From positions 37,451 through 101,450 of the forward strand of contig NIVC01003368.1 in assembly GCA_002269645.1 (NCBI GenBank): a stretch of DNA of 64,000 nucleotides, written 5' to 3'. Position 1 is the stretch's first letter. Every line of letters starts with the position of its first letter. Of the stretch, positions 61,701 to 64,000 are shown piece after piece. The notes beneath the pieces are model-generated. The model did no database searches. It was not told the origin of the DNA and saw nothing but the letters and a program-made list of their open reading frames with translations. The DNA is from Macrostomum lignano. Taxonomy: Eukaryota. The translations under genes and the position numbers were made by a program.

Positions 61701-64000
61701 CTAAAATTACAAAGGCACACCGGAGGATCAGACAATGTCATTGTTAATTAAGTAATACAAAAAGCAAGCTTACATGTCAGTTATAATTGGTGGCATTCCA
61801 AGAGTAAATGTAGCGACTACATGTGTGATCTGTGGTTCCAACAATGGATCGTTTTTATCCCGCACGACAACATAAATTCTGTGGCTTTGCTTCTCAAATG
61901 TTGTCAGAGTGTTCAAAATGAGACTGGAATCAGATCTTTTACCAGACATATAGTACAAGTAACGGTATACTTTTTTGTTTATGGCGTCATCTTTCCATTT
62001 TTTGAAACTCGGAATGTCATAAACATAATCCATTTTTCCTGCTCCACCCGAATAGTTCCAATCACCTTTAATTATGCGAGAAAGATGATGTCTAGTCTTC
62101 AGAGGATCCAATGAGAAACACGTTAGGTTATGTACCACGTCACCATTCATGTTTGTCTTGTTGCAGACATTCTTCGGCTGGTTTGCAAAACTGTACGAGG
62201 CGTCGGGACCGAAGATGAGTTCTCCCTCGCACTCGCGGTTGCAGTAGTATTCAAAGTCCCAGTCACTGAACTCTCCAGCCAAGGCGAACTTGTTCGGATT
62301 GACGCTGCAGCTCGCGTCGAACTCCACCTCGAAGCCGAACTTGCTCTGCGCAGGGCTGCTCAGCTTGTACCACCTCGAGAGCTCTTGGTCATACACTCTG
62401 TAGTTGAGACATGGTCGCAGAGGCGCTTTGTAGATGTACACATCAATTGAGTCGGTTGTGTTCAGGGCGGGCTCTTCGACCATCGTGGCCTGTACAGTGA
62501 TCCTGTACACTGTATCGATGTTCAATGCATAAGGAAACACAGTGAAAGTCTTGAGTTGGTTGTTCGATCCTTGGTACATCACTCCAGATATCATCGTATC
62601 GTCCAGAGAAACATAGTTTACGTGACTTGGGTAGTTCTGATGGAACTGCTTCAGCTGTGGTACGAAGTCCTGCCATGAATTGGTGCCGTTATTGTATCTC
62701 TCGATTTTCCACTTCACTTCGACACTGTTATTGTAGCAGTTAACACTGAGGTAGGGGTTAAAGACGAGCAGTTGTTCTCTTGAAAACCGCGGATCCGGCA
62801 TCGAGTACGAAAGATTGAGCTTCGGCTTTGAGCACGGCCCTTCGAAACTACCATGTAGAAGGAGGTCTCCTGCATGGAGTACTTGTTGTAGCCTTGCAAG
62901 CGAACAACCTTTTGGTCAAAATACGTAAAGTTCTTGATGAAAAGAACAACTGTAGACACAGGAGGACTCGCCAGCGACTCTTGGTAGAGCCTGTTGTACT
63001 CTTGCGAAAGTTGATTGTCCCAGTACATGCTGCCATATAGAGAGCTCACTGGAGACAGAGTTTGGCATGCGGTGGCACTGCCAAACATGTGAGCGCTCTG
63101 ATTGGCTACAACTTTGTCACCAAAGGCGCTAAAGTCCACAACAAAGCAAGCTTCTGCAGGAAGTGTTCCCAGATCGATGAAACTTCGTATGGCTGCATCA
63201 TCGATGCTGTGATTTCTGCTCCAATCTCGAGCTTATCCACTGGTCTGTAGACACTGATGTTTACTGAGGCGAAAGCAGTGCTGTACGCATGGGAAACATT
63301 GACTTTGATGATATAGCTTCCTTCTTTTGCATACTGATGGCTGACTGAGTTAGTGCTGGATTCAGTACTGATTCCGTCACCGAAGTCCCAGGAATACTTT
63401 AAACCTGGACCGCTACCGAACTGCATTGTTGCAGTGAAGGTCACAGGCCTGTTTCTCGGAAAATACCGTTGCGAAACCCACGCGGACATTCTGGGATCGG
63501 CAGCAACATCGGGGTGAGGCACAGCGGCCACTTTAGGTCCCACAATCAATGCAAAAATGGAGATGTTGTGTGTGATTTCCTGGAGTCCGATGGGTTTAGC
63601 GACTCTGACGGTGGCAGTAAAGTCTCCCGTCCAGCTGTATGTCTGAGGTGGAAACAGGTAACAGAAGATCAGACTGGGTTCGATGCTTGAGCAGGCAGTG
63701 TTTTGAGCTGATGTTCCCGTATTGCAAGTTGTTAGTCTAGTGGGTCCAGTCACACCGCTCGAATCGCCCTTGTCGATGGTCACATCACCCAGTACAGATT
63801 CGGCTGTGATGTGTAGTTTGTGCTAGCACACAGAATGAAGTTCGGATCCGTGATATTTGATGATCTCATGTCGATGAGTCCAAGTTTTAGAGCCGAGATC
63901 GCAAATCCGAACGGTACCAACAAAATTTCGACCGTTGTTCCTTCAAGTGTGATAGTCTCCGAGCTCACTTTTGTTGGTTACTCGGCGGTGACAGTGAAGT
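52715..64000 (-). CDS. Polycystin-1-like / REJ-family protein (PKD repeats, REJ, GAIN/GPS, TM1, PLAT, polycystin channel, C-terminal coil); 5' end outside the window; frameshifted as assembled
   Basis: Exons (minus): >64000-61774, 61700-61432, 61312-61289, 61202-60876, 60800-59998, 59905-59763, 59687-58974, 58895-58668, 58583-58312, 58188-57859, 57788-56850, 56740-56247, 55621-55153, 55069-54911, 54798-54543, 53666-53394, 52866-52715. Motifs: YSWDFGDG (PKD), GCYYFD..CFSSHMTSF (GPS), TG..GTTAQV..WHDNAGSDPKWYFNR..FICNRWF (PLAT), HLWLSV..FTRVQR, TYSGGGY, YTRGVFVE (channel). At least 10 frameshifts (see findings). Confidence 0.9.
53073..53269. mobile_element. Charlie/hAT-like MITE in the last polycystin intron
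   Basis: CAGGGGTCAGCAAACT...TTTGCTGACCC; TSD CCTTAGAA / CCTTGGAA (7/8); same family as 20195-20343. Confidence 0.85.
53865..54140. repeat. ~20-bp degenerate minisatellite related to 14690-15060
   Basis: GGGCGCCCCTGTCTCT(C/T)GGT units. Confidence 0.8.

Noticed and set aside
55610-63800. Canonical -1 programmed ribosomal frameshifting in the polycystin gene
   Set aside because: The sites lack in-frame X_XXY_YYZ slippery heptamers and share no common context; ten serial events would abolish yield.

Overview
AT-rich eukaryotic (invertebrate animal, probably spiralian) gene-dense chromosomal DNA with GT-AG spliced genes and very many minisatellites and non-autonomous transposons. Genes reconstructed by hand from splice sites: TRAM1 (-, 5 exons), a DEG/ENaC channel with a FaNaC-like TM2 (-, 4 exons), RNF141 (-, 5' end not found), intronless TAF13 (+), CSDE1/UNR (+, 4 exons), CCDC86/Cgr1 (+, first exon not found), a two-exon orphan gene (-), and a large polycystin-1/REJ-like gene (-, 17 visible exons, running off the window end). 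Mobile DNA includes hAT MITEs with perfect 8-bp TSDs, a 3.3-kb composite TIR element holding a decayed DD34D mariner, a complete tRNA-derived SINE, an LTR-like segment and DINE-1/Helentron-like pieces. The most unusual signals are four. (1) The polycystin gene has at least 10 single-base frameshifts, 9 of them -1 and mostly in short homopolymers, while the reconstructed exons of every other gene are frame-intact. (2) A small inverted-repeat element carries a decayed copy of the 28S rRNA H69-H71 (R2/I-PpoI target) region. (3) An in-frame 54-nt GT-AG segment sits inside the RNF141 RING finger, and removing it restores canonical spacing. (4) Gene-specific tandem arrays fill introns and abut stop codons. 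No CRISPR array, intact rRNA gene or intact tRNA gene is supported.
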